This document shows positions 8,736 through 17,113 of a stretch of DNA of 45,178 nt, in pieces. This DNA is from Flavobacteriaceae bacterium. GTDB lineage: Bacteria > Bacteroidota > Bacteroidia > Flavobacteriales > Flavobacteriaceae. Below the pieces are notes generated by a model. It had not been told where the DNA came from. It saw nothing but the letters and a program-made list of their open reading frames with translations, and searched no databases. Every line of letters starts with the position of its first letter. Position 1 is the first letter of the stretch. The translations under genes and the position numbers were made by a program. Location of the stretch: the NCBI GenBank assembly GCA_049609945.1, contig JBMYZB010000001.1:1-45178 (forward strand). Reading direction: 5' to 3'.

Positions 8736-10049
8736 ATGTTGATTGAACAAGATTATACATTAGCAACCCTTTTACGAGGACTGATGGGTATGGGCGCACT
8801 GCTTTTGCTCGCTTTTTTTATCAGCAGCGATCGTAAAAATATCCCTTGGAAAACAGTTGGTTTGGGTTTGCTTTTACAAATTATAATTGCCTTTGGAGTG
8901 CTCAAAATTGGTTTTATTTCCAAAGGCTTTGAAATAGTGGGAGGTTTTTTTGTCTCTATTCTAGAATTTACAAATGCCGGAACAACAATGCTCCTTGGCG
9001 AATTTGGCAATTTAGACACCTATGGCTTTATTTTTGTCTTTCAAGCATTACCCATCATCATTTTTTTTTCCGCCCTCACCTCCATCCTCTACTATTTTGG
9101 GATTATTCAAAAAGTAGTTACTTTTTTAGCTTGGGGGCTCACCAAATTATTTCGCATATCAGGGCCGGAGAGTTTGGCAGTGGCAGGCAATATTTTTTTA
9201 GGACAAACCGAAGCTCCTTTACTTATTAAAGCCTATCTAGAAAAAATGAATCGGTCCGAAATTTTTTTGCTAATGGTGGGCGGTATGGCCACGGTGGCAG
9301 GCAGTGTGATGGGTGCTTATATCGGTTTTTTGGGGGGTAATGACCCCCTCTTGCGACTCGAGTTTGCCAAAAGCCTTTTAGCCGCCTCGGTGATGGCTGC
9401 ACCAGGAGCCGTTGTGGTCGCTAAAATAATCTATCCACAAACGGAAAAAATTTCTACCGAAATCAAAATTCCCAAAGATAAAATTGGTTCCAATTTTCTT
9501 TCCGCTGTTTCTATCGGAACCACAGAGGGAGTTCGCATGGCTGTAAACGTGGCGGCCATGTTGTTGGTATTTATTGCTTTATTAGCTTTGTTGAGCGGCC
9601 TCTTAAAATTTGTGGGTGGTGTGTTGGGCCTTAACGAATGGATTTTGACCCACACCCCGTATGATGCGCTTTCAGTTGAATTTCTTTTGGGTTATTTGTT
9701 TGCTCCCTTGATGTGGCTCATGGGTGTAGCCAAAGAAGATATGGCTTTAATGGGTCAGTTATTAGGGGTTAAATTGGCGGCCAGTGAGTTTGTGGGCTAT
9801 ACCCAATTGGTAGCCTTAAAAAACCCCGAGAGTGCTATTCACTTCACTTATCAAAAATCTGTATATATGGCTACCTACTTGTTATGTGGTTTTGCCAATT
9901 TTGCCTCTATTGGCATCCAAATTGGAGGCATCGGTATCTTGGCACCTTCCAAGAAAAAGACTCTCACCCAACTTGGTCTAAAAGCCATGATTGGCGGCAC
10001 TTTGGTTTCTTTATTATCGGCCACCATAGCCGGAATTATTTTGGGCTAA
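8736..10049 (+). CDS. nupC: Concentrative nucleoside transporter, NupC/NupG (CNT) family
   Basis: Polytopic protein with CNT hallmarks: GFIFVFQALPIIIFFSAL, SLAVAGNIFLGQTEAPLLIKAY, GGMATVAGSVMGAY, GFANFASIGIQIGG. Start set at Met21 (ATG at 8736), divergent from the GH16 gene. Confidence 0.9.
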   Translation: MLIEQDYTLATLLRGLMGMGALLLLAFFISSDRKNIPWKTVGLGLLLQIIIAFGVLKIGFISKGFEIVGGFFVSILEFTNAGTTMLLGEFGNLDTYGFIFVFQALPIIIFFSALTSILYYFGIIQKVVTFLAWGLTKLFRISGPESLAVAGNIFLGQTEAPLLIKAYLEKMNRSEIFLLMVGGMATVAGSVMGAYIGFLGGNDPLLRLEFAKSLLAASVMAAPGAVVVAKIIYPQTEKISTEIKIPKDKIGSNFLSAVSIGTTEGVRMAVNVAAMLLVFIALLALLSGLLKFVGGVLGLNEWILTHTPYDALSVEFLLGYLFAPLMWLMGVAKEDMALMGQLLGVKLAASEFVGYTQLVALKNPESAIHFTYQKSVYMATYLLCGFANFASIGIQIGGIGILAPSKKKTLTQLGLKAMIGGTLVSLLSATIAGIILG

Positions 10050-10050
10050 C

Positions 10051-11868
10051 TTAGAGTACTTGCGCTTTAATTTTTTTCCACAACCGAATTAAAAACAATG
10101 TGAAACCAAGAGCTATAACCGTTAGAGGAATAGCCAAATGATAATCCCCATATATATAATAGCCTGTGGCAAACATCAAACTATAAATTAACACACACCC
10201 CACCAACATGGCCAAAATTCCATAGGGTACTGTCCAACTTCCGGCTTCATTTTCTATGTTTTTATTAGCTGCTTTAGCCAAAGCAATCACTTTTTGCCAC
10301 CCAGGTCCCCCGGGTTGGGTTTTTTCATAAAATGCCTCCAACACCTCTTGCTTTTCTGCTGGAGTAAAATAGGTTACTAATACCCAAACAGTAGTTGTTA
10401 CCAACACCACAAAAGGGAATTCTGCCCAAGAGGGCATTAAACCTGTTTCTGTACCAAAAAGATACGCTTTAAAAGAAGGAATCACCAACAAAAGTGAAAT
10501 CACACCTGAAGAAACCATCGCTGCAATTTCACTCCAAGCATTGATACGCCACCAAAACCACCGTAAGATAAATATCAATCCAGTACCGGCACCAAAGACC
10601 AATAATAAATTGAATAATTGAATAGCATTTTGGAGTAGCAATGCTAAAAGTGTGCTTAAAATCATCAATAAAACTGTAGATAAGCGACCCACTGCAACCA
10701 GTCTTTTTTCAGAAGCTTGTGGATTGATCTGTCGATGATAAAAGTCATAAACAATATAGGAAGACCCCCAATTGAGTTGGGTTGAAACAGTGCTCATATA
10801 GGCAGAAATAAGGGAGGCTAAAACAAGACCCAGAAGACCAACGGGTAGTTTGGTAAGCATAGCCGGATAGGCCAAATCATGGCCGAGCTTATCACTGGCA
10901 ATATTGGGAAAAGCCGCTTGCAAACTGGCCAAATCAGGAAAAACTACCAAAGAAGCTAATGCCACTAAAATCCAAGGCCATGGCCGAAGAGCATAATGCA
11001 TAATATTAAAGAAAAAGGTGGCTCCAATGGCATGGTTTTCATCTTTTGAAGCAAACATTCGTTGGGCAATATATCCCCCACCTCCTGGTTCTGCCCCAGG
11101 ATACCAAGAGCTCCACCATTGCACCGCAATGGGAATAATTAAAAGCGTGATTAACGCTGTTGTATCATTAAAATCCGGTAGGATAGAAAGTTTACCCACC
11201 ACGTTATCGTTCGTCAAAAGAGCCTCTAATCCACCCACTTCTGGCAGATTCACCAAATAATAGGCGGCAAAAATGGCACCCCCCATGGCCACAAAAAATA
11301 AGATCATATCGGTATAAACAACACCTTTAAAACCACCTACAGTACTAAATACAACGGTTACTAAACCCGCCGTTAAAACAGTTTGCAAAGGTGTTAAGTC
11401 CAGCATAATACCTCCAATTTTAATGGCTGCCAACGTAACGGCCGACATAGTTATTACATTGAAAATAATACCCAGATATAGCGCTCTAAACTTGCGTAAA
11501 AAACTGGCGGGTTTGCCTCCATAACGCAATTCATAAAATTCTAAATCAGTTTTAACTTCTGATTTTCGCCATAATTTGGCATAGACAAAAACCGTGAGTA
11601 ACCCTGTGATGAGAAAAGCCCACCAAACCCAGTTGCCTGAAACTCCGTTGGTACGCACAATATCTGTCACCAAATTGGGTGTGTCTGTTGAAAAAGTGGT
11701 GGCCACCATAGAGAGACCGAGCATCCACCAGGGCATATTGCGTCCAGATAGGAAAAATGCATTGGCACTTTTGCCAGAAGATTTAGATACATATATCCCG
11801 ATACTAATCGAAATAAAGAAAAAGACAAAAATGATGAGCCAATCAATAGGAGCCAGTTGCATATTCAA
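10051..11868 (-). CDS. Sodium:solute symporter (SSS) family transporter
   Basis: 605 aa with roughly 14 or more hydrophobic segments and an SSS-like GGF..VVYTD region (VGGFKGVVYTDMI). Substrate cannot be called. Its stop is 1 nt from the stop of the convergent nupC. Confidence 0.85.
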   Translation of the reverse strand: MNMQLAPIDWLIIFVFFFISISIGIYVSKSSGKSANAFFLSGRNMPWWMLGLSMVATTFSTDTPNLVTDIVRTNGVSGNWVWWAFLITGLLTVFVYAKLWRKSEVKTDLEFYELRYGGKPASFLRKFRALYLGIIFNVITMSAVTLAAIKIGGIMLDLTPLQTVLTAGLVTVVFSTVGGFKGVVYTDMILFFVAMGGAIFAAYYLVNLPEVGGLEALLTNDNVVGKLSILPDFNDTTALITLLIIPIAVQWWSSWYPGAEPGGGGYIAQRMFASKDENHAIGATFFFNIMHYALRPWPWILVALASLVVFPDLASLQAAFPNIASDKLGHDLAYPAMLTKLPVGLLGLVLASLISAYMSTVSTQLNWGSSYIVYDFYHRQINPQASEKRLVAVGRLSTVLLMILSTLLALLLQNAIQLFNLLLVFGAGTGLIFILRWFWWRINAWSEIAAMVSSGVISLLLVIPSFKAYLFGTETGLMPSWAEFPFVVLVTTTVWVLVTYFTPAEKQEVLEAFYEKTQPGGPGWQKVIALAKAANKNIENEAGSWTVPYGILAMLVGCVLIYSLMFATGYYIYGDYHLAIPLTVIALGFTLFLIRLWKKIKAQVL

Positions 11869-11951
11869 TTTGTTTTAGTTAAGAGTAAATATAACATAAT
11901 TATGATCATTAAATTACTGTTAAAACCCATCGTTATTTATCAGAATCACAG

Positions 11952-11959
11952 TAGGTTTG
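11952..11959 (+). promoter_or_regulatory. Candidate -7 box TAGGTTTG upstream of the 227-aa secreted protein gene
   Basis: Exact TAnnTTTG match 19 nt upstream of the GTG start at 11978. Confidence 0.3.
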
Positions 11960-11977
11960 TAATATATTGGTTTTGCT

Positions 11978-12661
11978 GTGAAACAAAAGGGTGTTTTTTT
12001 GTTCTTTTTGGGTTTCCTTTTTCTAGGAACAAGTTTGTTTTGGCCTCTCCTCGGGCAAGGGCAAACCAAAGATCAAAAAAAATCGCCTAGCGTTCTTTTG
12101 CCTCAAGGAGAGCAAAAACTTCCCACAATCATCGACCCTACAAACCAAAATCCTCTCTTTTTAGGTATTAGTGGTGCCCCTAATGTAGACTTAGAAGACC
12201 CCAAAAAAGAGGAGCCTTCCCTATCTATGGAACAACAAGAACGTTTTTTAGACCCGGGAGAACGCTATTTAAAAAAGCTAAAACGAAACAATACCCCAGA
12301 GAATCAAAAAAACCCGAATCAATTTCGAGTAGACCAATATTTGGGTGATTTTCGGAACAATGGTAAATTTGTTCAAATCTTACTCCGCGACCACGAATCA
12401 CCCGATGGCGATTTGATACGCATAATGGTGAACGATCAAGAAATCGTTCCACGTGTGTTGTTGGAAGAACGTTTTAAAGGGATTTCTATAGACCTTATGC
12501 CCGGTTTTAATAAAATTGACTTTGTGGCTCTCAATCAAGGCACTTCCGGACCCAACACTGCGGAGGTGCGTGTCTTTGATGACCAAGGAAATTTGGTAGG
12601 GGCCAACCAATGGAATTTGGCCACTGGCGTAAAAGCAACCTATATTGTAGTAAAAGAATAG
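11978..12661 (+). CDS. Hypothetical secreted protein (signal peptide, Pro/Lys/Gln-rich linker, about 100-aa beta-rich C-terminal domain)
   Basis: GTG start. MKQKGVFLFFLGFLFLGTSLFWPLLGQG is a signal peptide. The C-terminal region is GKFVQILLRDHESPDGDLIRIMVNDQEIV...SGPNTAEVRVFDDQGNLVGANQWNLATGVKATYIVVKE. No family recognised. Confidence 0.6.
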   Translation: MKQKGVFLFFLGFLFLGTSLFWPLLGQGQTKDQKKSPSVLLPQGEQKLPTIIDPTNQNPLFLGISGAPNVDLEDPKKEEPSLSMEQQERFLDPGERYLKKLKRNNTPENQKNPNQFRVDQYLGDFRNNGKFVQILLRDHESPDGDLIRIMVNDQEIVPRVLLEERFKGISIDLMPGFNKIDFVALNQGTSGPNTAEVRVFDDQGNLVGANQWNLATGVKATYIVVKE

Positions 12662-12669
12662 TATGGCCT

Positions 12670-14013
12670 GTGAATGAATTTAACTCCCAACTTACGCAAT
12701 GGCTTCAGGTGTTGATTGTACCGTTGGAATGGCTCATGCTGCTACTTATTTTGGGGGGTGGTCTTTATTTGATCCAACAAAGCAAGGGGCGCCCTTTTTT
12801 CTTTATTCCAAAAGCCTTTCGGCTGTTGTTTCAAAAAGAGGGGGAACAAGGTATTTCTCGATTTCAAGCCCTTTCAGCCGTTTTGGCCGCCACGGTTGGT
12901 TTAGGGAATATTTCAGGTGTAGCCATTGCAATTCATATGGGGGGGCCTGGTATCTTGGTTTGGATGTGGTTAACTGCCTTGGTGGGAATGATTATCAAAT
13001 TTTATTCCTGCTCTTTATCGGTGGCACTTCGGCACTTTGACGCTGCTGGGCAACCCCTCGGGGGGCCCATGTATTATATGTCATTAGGGTTAAAAAAATG
13101 GGGCAAACCACTGGCCATATGGTTTTCATTAGCCGGATTGGTGGGAGTACTCCCTGCTTTTACGGCCAATCAACTTACCCAATCCATCACCACAGTTTTG
13201 CCCTTGGAATTCTTTTTTCATGCCACAAATTTTCAAATCCATTTGGTTTTAGGCATTTGTTTTGCACTCCTAACCGCATGGGTAATTTTTGGGGGTTTAC
13301 AAAGCATTGTGCGCGTTACCTCCAACCTTGTGCCAGTGATGGTGATCATTTATTTGCTGATGGGTGGCTTTGTTTTACTAACCCAATTCGACCAGGTGGG
13401 GCCAGCGTTAACCCTTATTTTTAACGAAGCTTTTAATTTTCAAACAGCGGCCGCTGGAGGCTTTTGGGGTCTTGTGCTTTTGGGCGTGCGTAGGGCTGTT
13501 TTTTCAAATGAAAGCGGAGTAGGAAATGCACCCATGTATCACGGTCAATCGCAATCAAAAAAACCAACCGATGAAGGTTTAGTGGCTCTCTTAGGCCCTC
13601 TATCAGACACCCTAGGGGTGTGTACTATCACTGGCTTGATTGTAATTATCAGTAAAGCTTATTTGTTAGATCTAAATGGCATTCTTTTAACCCTAGAAGC
13701 CTTTAACCGTTTGTTTTTTGGCTGGGGAGATGTGCTCTTGCTTTTTATGGTACTTGTTTTTGGCGTTTCTACCTTGTTTACGTATGCCTACTATGGCACC
13801 AAATGTTTTGGCTATCTGACCCGTCCCAACTGGGGGAAATTATATAACCTATTTTACGTTGGTAGTATTGTTTTTGCCGCCATAACTACCACCGAGGTGG
13901 TTGTTGGCCTCATTGATATCGCCTTTGCTCTTATGTGTATTCCCAATATGGTGGCCGTTTTACTTTTAGCTCCCACCATCACCAAAAAAATGCAGGCTGA
14001 ATTAAGCCCTTAA
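12670..14013 (+). CDS. Alanine/glycine:cation symporter (AGCS family)
   Basis: Carries the AGCS signature QALSAVLAATVGLGNISGVAIAIHMGGPGILVWMW. The listed ATG at 12610 lies inside the previous gene, so I prefer the in-frame GTG at 12670 (VNEFNSQLTQWL...), 9 nt after the upstream stop. Confidence 0.9.
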   Translation: MNEFNSQLTQWLQVLIVPLEWLMLLLILGGGLYLIQQSKGRPFFFIPKAFRLLFQKEGEQGISRFQALSAVLAATVGLGNISGVAIAIHMGGPGILVWMWLTALVGMIIKFYSCSLSVALRHFDAAGQPLGGPMYYMSLGLKKWGKPLAIWFSLAGLVGVLPAFTANQLTQSITTVLPLEFFFHATNFQIHLVLGICFALLTAWVIFGGLQSIVRVTSNLVPVMVIIYLLMGGFVLLTQFDQVGPALTLIFNEAFNFQTAAAGGFWGLVLLGVRRAVFSNESGVGNAPMYHGQSQSKKPTDEGLVALLGPLSDTLGVCTITGLIVIISKAYLLDLNGILLTLEAFNRLFFGWGDVLLLFMVLVFGVSTLFTYAYYGTKCFGYLTRPNWGKLYNLFYVGSIVFAAITTTEVVVGLIDIAFALMCIPNMVAVLLLAPTITKKMQAELSP

Positions 14014-14183
14014 AAACGACTCTTATTCTTACGCTTAATCAATAGGCTCATCACCAAGAAAAATAATCCTGCAAACACATAGGGCCAATCAATAAAACTG
14101 AGCTTGGTATACATCAAATACACAACCGTGGCACATGCCAAAAAAAGGGCAATGAATACAGTCTTAAGAATTATTTTAATCAC
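14010..14183 (-). CDS. Possible 57-aa two-TM membrane peptide, translationally coupled to the DUF4281 gene
   Basis: Below the ORF-track cutoff. The GTG at 14183..14181 overlaps the TGA stop (14182..14180) of the upstream gene as GTGA. Product: VIKIILKTVFIALFLACATVVYLMYTKLSFIDWPYVFAGLFFLVMSLLIKRKNKSRF*. Its stop overlaps the stop of the convergent AGCS gene. Confidence 0.35.
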   Translation of the reverse strand: MIKIILKTVFIALFLACATVVYLMYTKLSFIDWPYVFAGLFFLVMSLLIKRKNKSRF

Positions 14184-14614
14184 TTATTTCTTTGACGTAA
14201 ATAAAAAATACTAATTATCAATGCATAAACCAACACACCCGTTGGCCCAAGCATAAAAGTGGTCAACAAAGCCGGGATAATGACCCAATGTGGAAGCCCC
14301 TTTTTTTGGCTGTGATCCACCATCCAGCAGCCCATCCAAAAATCAAAGGCTAAATAATGAATCCACCCGGCCGCTGCACTTTCTGGTGTGGCTTTTTTAT
14401 AAAGAGCCAAAATGCCTTTTAAGGTTGAAAAATCAGCATCGCCCAAACCCCCGGCAGCGCTTAAAAAATAAACATAAAAAAAGCTAAGTGCCAACGGCAC
14501 CCAAGGGTAGGCACGTAAAGATTCACTTACTTTTAGTCTGGGGAAAAAGAGCAACAAACTCCAACAAATAAGAATACCCGTGTTACAAATTGAAAATAAA
14601 ATAGTGGTCATCAA
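14180..14614 (-). CDS. ABA4-like / DUF4281 family membrane protein
   Basis: 144 aa with four hydrophobic helices. The GWIHYLAFDFWMGCWMV motif resembles my recollection of the conserved DUF4281 core. Confidence 0.65.
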   Translation of the reverse strand: MMTTILFSICNTGILICWSLLLFFPRLKVSESLRAYPWVPLALSFFYVYFLSAAGGLGDADFSTLKGILALYKKATPESAAAGWIHYLAFDFWMGCWMVDHSQKKGLPHWVIIPALLTTFMLGPTGVLVYALIISIFYLRQRNK

Positions 14615-14673
14615 AATTTTAATGGTTTACAGTTCGAGAACAATGTAGTCTTTTTTACCTTAGAGCACAAGTT

Positions 14674-15123
14674 ATGCTGCTCTTTAAAGACATCAACGGA
14701 AACCGCATTGATCCTGTCTCCCATACGTTAGACATCATCAAACGCTACCCCTATGCCGAAATTCACGTCGGAACCGATTCGCAAAACATCGGAAAAGAAA
14801 CCCGTTATGCCACTGTTATTGCTTATCGGCTGGGGTCTCGAGGCGTTCATTATATTTTAAACAAAGCCCGTGTCAATATTATTAATGATATGTGGACTCG
14901 TTTATGGAAGGAGGCCGAAAAAAGCATTGATGTGGCCGAATGGCTCACACAACAAATTGCTGTTCGTGTAGAAATTGATATGGATTATAACAGCGATGAA
15001 AATTTTAAATCGCACAAATTGATTGCCGCTGCCAAAGGATGGGCCAATTCTTTAGGCTATAAGGTAAACATTAAACCCAACAACCAAATTGCAACACGTG
15101 CAGCAGATCATCATTGCAAGTAA
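14674..15123 (+). CDS. YkuK-like (DUF458) predicted RNase H-fold protein
   Basis: 149 aa. The segment ...YAEIHVGTDSQNIGKETRYATVIAYRLGSRGVHYI... has the GTDSQ motif and layout I recall for B. subtilis YkuK. Confidence 0.7.
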   Translation: MLLFKDINGNRIDPVSHTLDIIKRYPYAEIHVGTDSQNIGKETRYATVIAYRLGSRGVHYILNKARVNIINDMWTRLWKEAEKSIDVAEWLTQQIAVRVEIDMDYNSDENFKSHKLIAAAKGWANSLGYKVNIKPNNQIATRAADHHCK

Positions 15124-15155
15124 ACCCGTATCTTTAAGGTATAAAGTTTTTTAAA

Positions 15156-16076
15156 ATGTCCATTGTTATCATTGCCCCCCCTGTGCCGGCCGCCAAATGG
15201 AAATGGGCTTTTGCTACGCTGGCTCCTAAAATTAAAGTGTATGTGGGCCATGATATTCCTGATCCAGAGGCCATCCAATACGCCATGTTATGGCGTTTTC
15301 CAAAAGGTGTACTTAAAAAATTTAAAAATTTAAAATTGATTTATTCGATGGGTGCCGGTGTGGATGGCGTGCTGGCTGACCCCAGCATTCCAAAAGAAAT
15401 CCCAATTTGCCGGGTGGTAGATCCGCAAATGGCTTTCTCCATGTCCAATTATATTTTGATGGCTGTTTTGCAACACCACCGCCAATGGGATGCTTACGCC
15501 CAAGCGCAACGTCAAAAGCATTGGGCGCAACATGAGGTGGACGAATTAGACCTCAGCATTGGCATCTTGGGGTTAGGCCACCTCGGTATGGATGCCGCAC
15601 TAAAGTTGCATCATTTGGGCTTTGCAGTGTCAGGCTATAGCACCTCGCCTAAAAAAACACCTTTTACTTCCTATTATGGGGAGGCTCTCCCTGCGTTTTT
15701 GGGTTCCCTCAATGTGTTGATTTGTGTCTTGCCGCTAACCCCAAAAACCAAAGGATTTTTAAATCAATCGCTTTTTGACCAATTAAAGCAACCCACCTTT
15801 TTGATCAATGTATCTAGAGGAAACGTGCAGCTAGAACAAGACATTATTACCGCCCTAGACAAGGGTCAATTAAACGGTGCTTTTTTAGATGTTTTTGAAC
15901 AAGAACCACTCCCTCCAGAAAGCGAACTGTGGCAGCATCCCAAAATCAAATTAACCCCTCATATTGCCAGCCTTACACGAGAAAGCGCATCGGTGCATCA
16001 GGTGTTAGAAAACATAAAACGCCTCACCACTAAAACACCTTTACTTCATCAAGTGGATCGGGAGAAAATGTATTGA
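15156..16076 (+). CDS. ghrA: D-2-hydroxyacid dehydrogenase, glyoxylate/hydroxypyruvate reductase A-like
   Basis: 306 aa and collinear with my recollection of E. coli GhrA: ALGAGVD-like MGAGVDGVL, the NAD loop ILGLGHLG, VLICVLPLTPKTKGFLN, LINVSRG, GAFLDVFEQEPLPPESELWQHPKIKLTPHIAS, and the ending QVDREKMY. Confidence 0.85.
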   Translation: MSIVIIAPPVPAAKWKWAFATLAPKIKVYVGHDIPDPEAIQYAMLWRFPKGVLKKFKNLKLIYSMGAGVDGVLADPSIPKEIPICRVVDPQMAFSMSNYILMAVLQHHRQWDAYAQAQRQKHWAQHEVDELDLSIGILGLGHLGMDAALKLHHLGFAVSGYSTSPKKTPFTSYYGEALPAFLGSLNVLICVLPLTPKTKGFLNQSLFDQLKQPTFLINVSRGNVQLEQDIITALDKGQLNGAFLDVFEQEPLPPESELWQHPKIKLTPHIASLTRESASVHQVLENIKRLTTKTPLLHQVDREKMY

Positions 16077-16078
16077 CC

Positions 16079-17113
16079 TTAAACCAACAACCGTCCCAAC
16101 TTTTCGGCACCAAAACGTACCAGATCTTCCACGGGCAGTTGGGTTTCTGCTTCCATTTCTGCAATAACTTTTTTAGCCTCGTCAGCCGATAATCTTGAGG
16201 TGTTTAAAGCAATGCCCACCACGTGTGCTTGGGGAAAGGTGCCACATACCGTACTTAAACTTTCATTTAATGCAATAAAGGCCTTGAGGTCTGGAATTTG
16301 AATTTCTGCTGGACTACGTAAATGTGTTTTTTGCCCCCCATGACACAAAATAAGTGCTGTAGGACAACTGCCGCGCATCAATGGGAGGGTGGCCGTACTA
16401 CCGGGATGCAACAAAGAACCTTGTCCTTCAATAAGCACAATATCATTTTCTGCTTGCGCCAATACCGCCTGTTCCACGGCACCGCAAGCATGATCCACTT
16501 TAAACGCATCCAATGGTATACCCTGCCCCGTGATGGTGATACCAATTTGGCCAGTGGCTACAAAGCCCACTTTTTGATGGGCTGCTTGCAACCATTGATA
16601 AATTTCTAACGCCGCTGTCATTTTGCCCACAGCCATATCGGTGCCCACAAAAAGAATGCGCTTATTCTTGAGTTGAGCAGCTTTGCCAGAGGCTATTTCA
16701 GGAATAAATTGTGGCACACGCACATCCCAAATCCACTGTTTTTCAGGATACTTAATTTTATCGTGCCACTGTGGTTGTAACAAATCGTGCAGACCATTTA
16801 CTATGCTTAAACCCCTATCCAACGCTTGACTAATCACCGGTATCCATGTGGCAGGAATTTTTCCGCCCGAAGGAGCAATCCCTAAAATTAGCACCTCCGC
16901 CCCTTGGGTTTGAGCCTGCTCCAGTGTTTCAAAAATGGGAATGGGTCCGGCAAAATCAAAGAGGGTATTCATTTTTTTCCCGGCATGGGTACTATCAATC
17001 ACGCCGACAATAGGATTTTTTAAATAGCGAATCACCCCCATGCCCATTTTGCCATAATCACTATCGATATGGCCTTCCATGTAGATCAATACCTTTTGAT
17101 GTTCTTTAAGCAT
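16079..17113 (-). CDS. DUF1611 family protein (DgcN-like putative N-acetyltransferase)
   Basis: 344 aa. N-terminal MEGHIDSDYGKMGMGVIRY and a P-loop-like FVGTDMAVGKMT fit my recollection of DUF1611. Its start overlaps the upstream epimerase gene's stop by 8 nt. Confidence 0.75.
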   Translation of the reverse strand: MLKEHQKVLIYMEGHIDSDYGKMGMGVIRYLKNPIVGVIDSTHAGKKMNTLFDFAGPIPIFETLEQAQTQGAEVLILGIAPSGGKIPATWIPVISQALDRGLSIVNGLHDLLQPQWHDKIKYPEKQWIWDVRVPQFIPEIASGKAAQLKNKRILFVGTDMAVGKMTAALEIYQWLQAAHQKVGFVATGQIGITITGQGIPLDAFKVDHACGAVEQAVLAQAENDIVLIEGQGSLLHPGSTATLPLMRGSCPTALILCHGGQKTHLRSPAEIQIPDLKAFIALNESLSTVCGTFPQAHVVGIALNTSRLSADEAKKVIAEMEAETQLPVEDLVRFGAEKLGRLLV

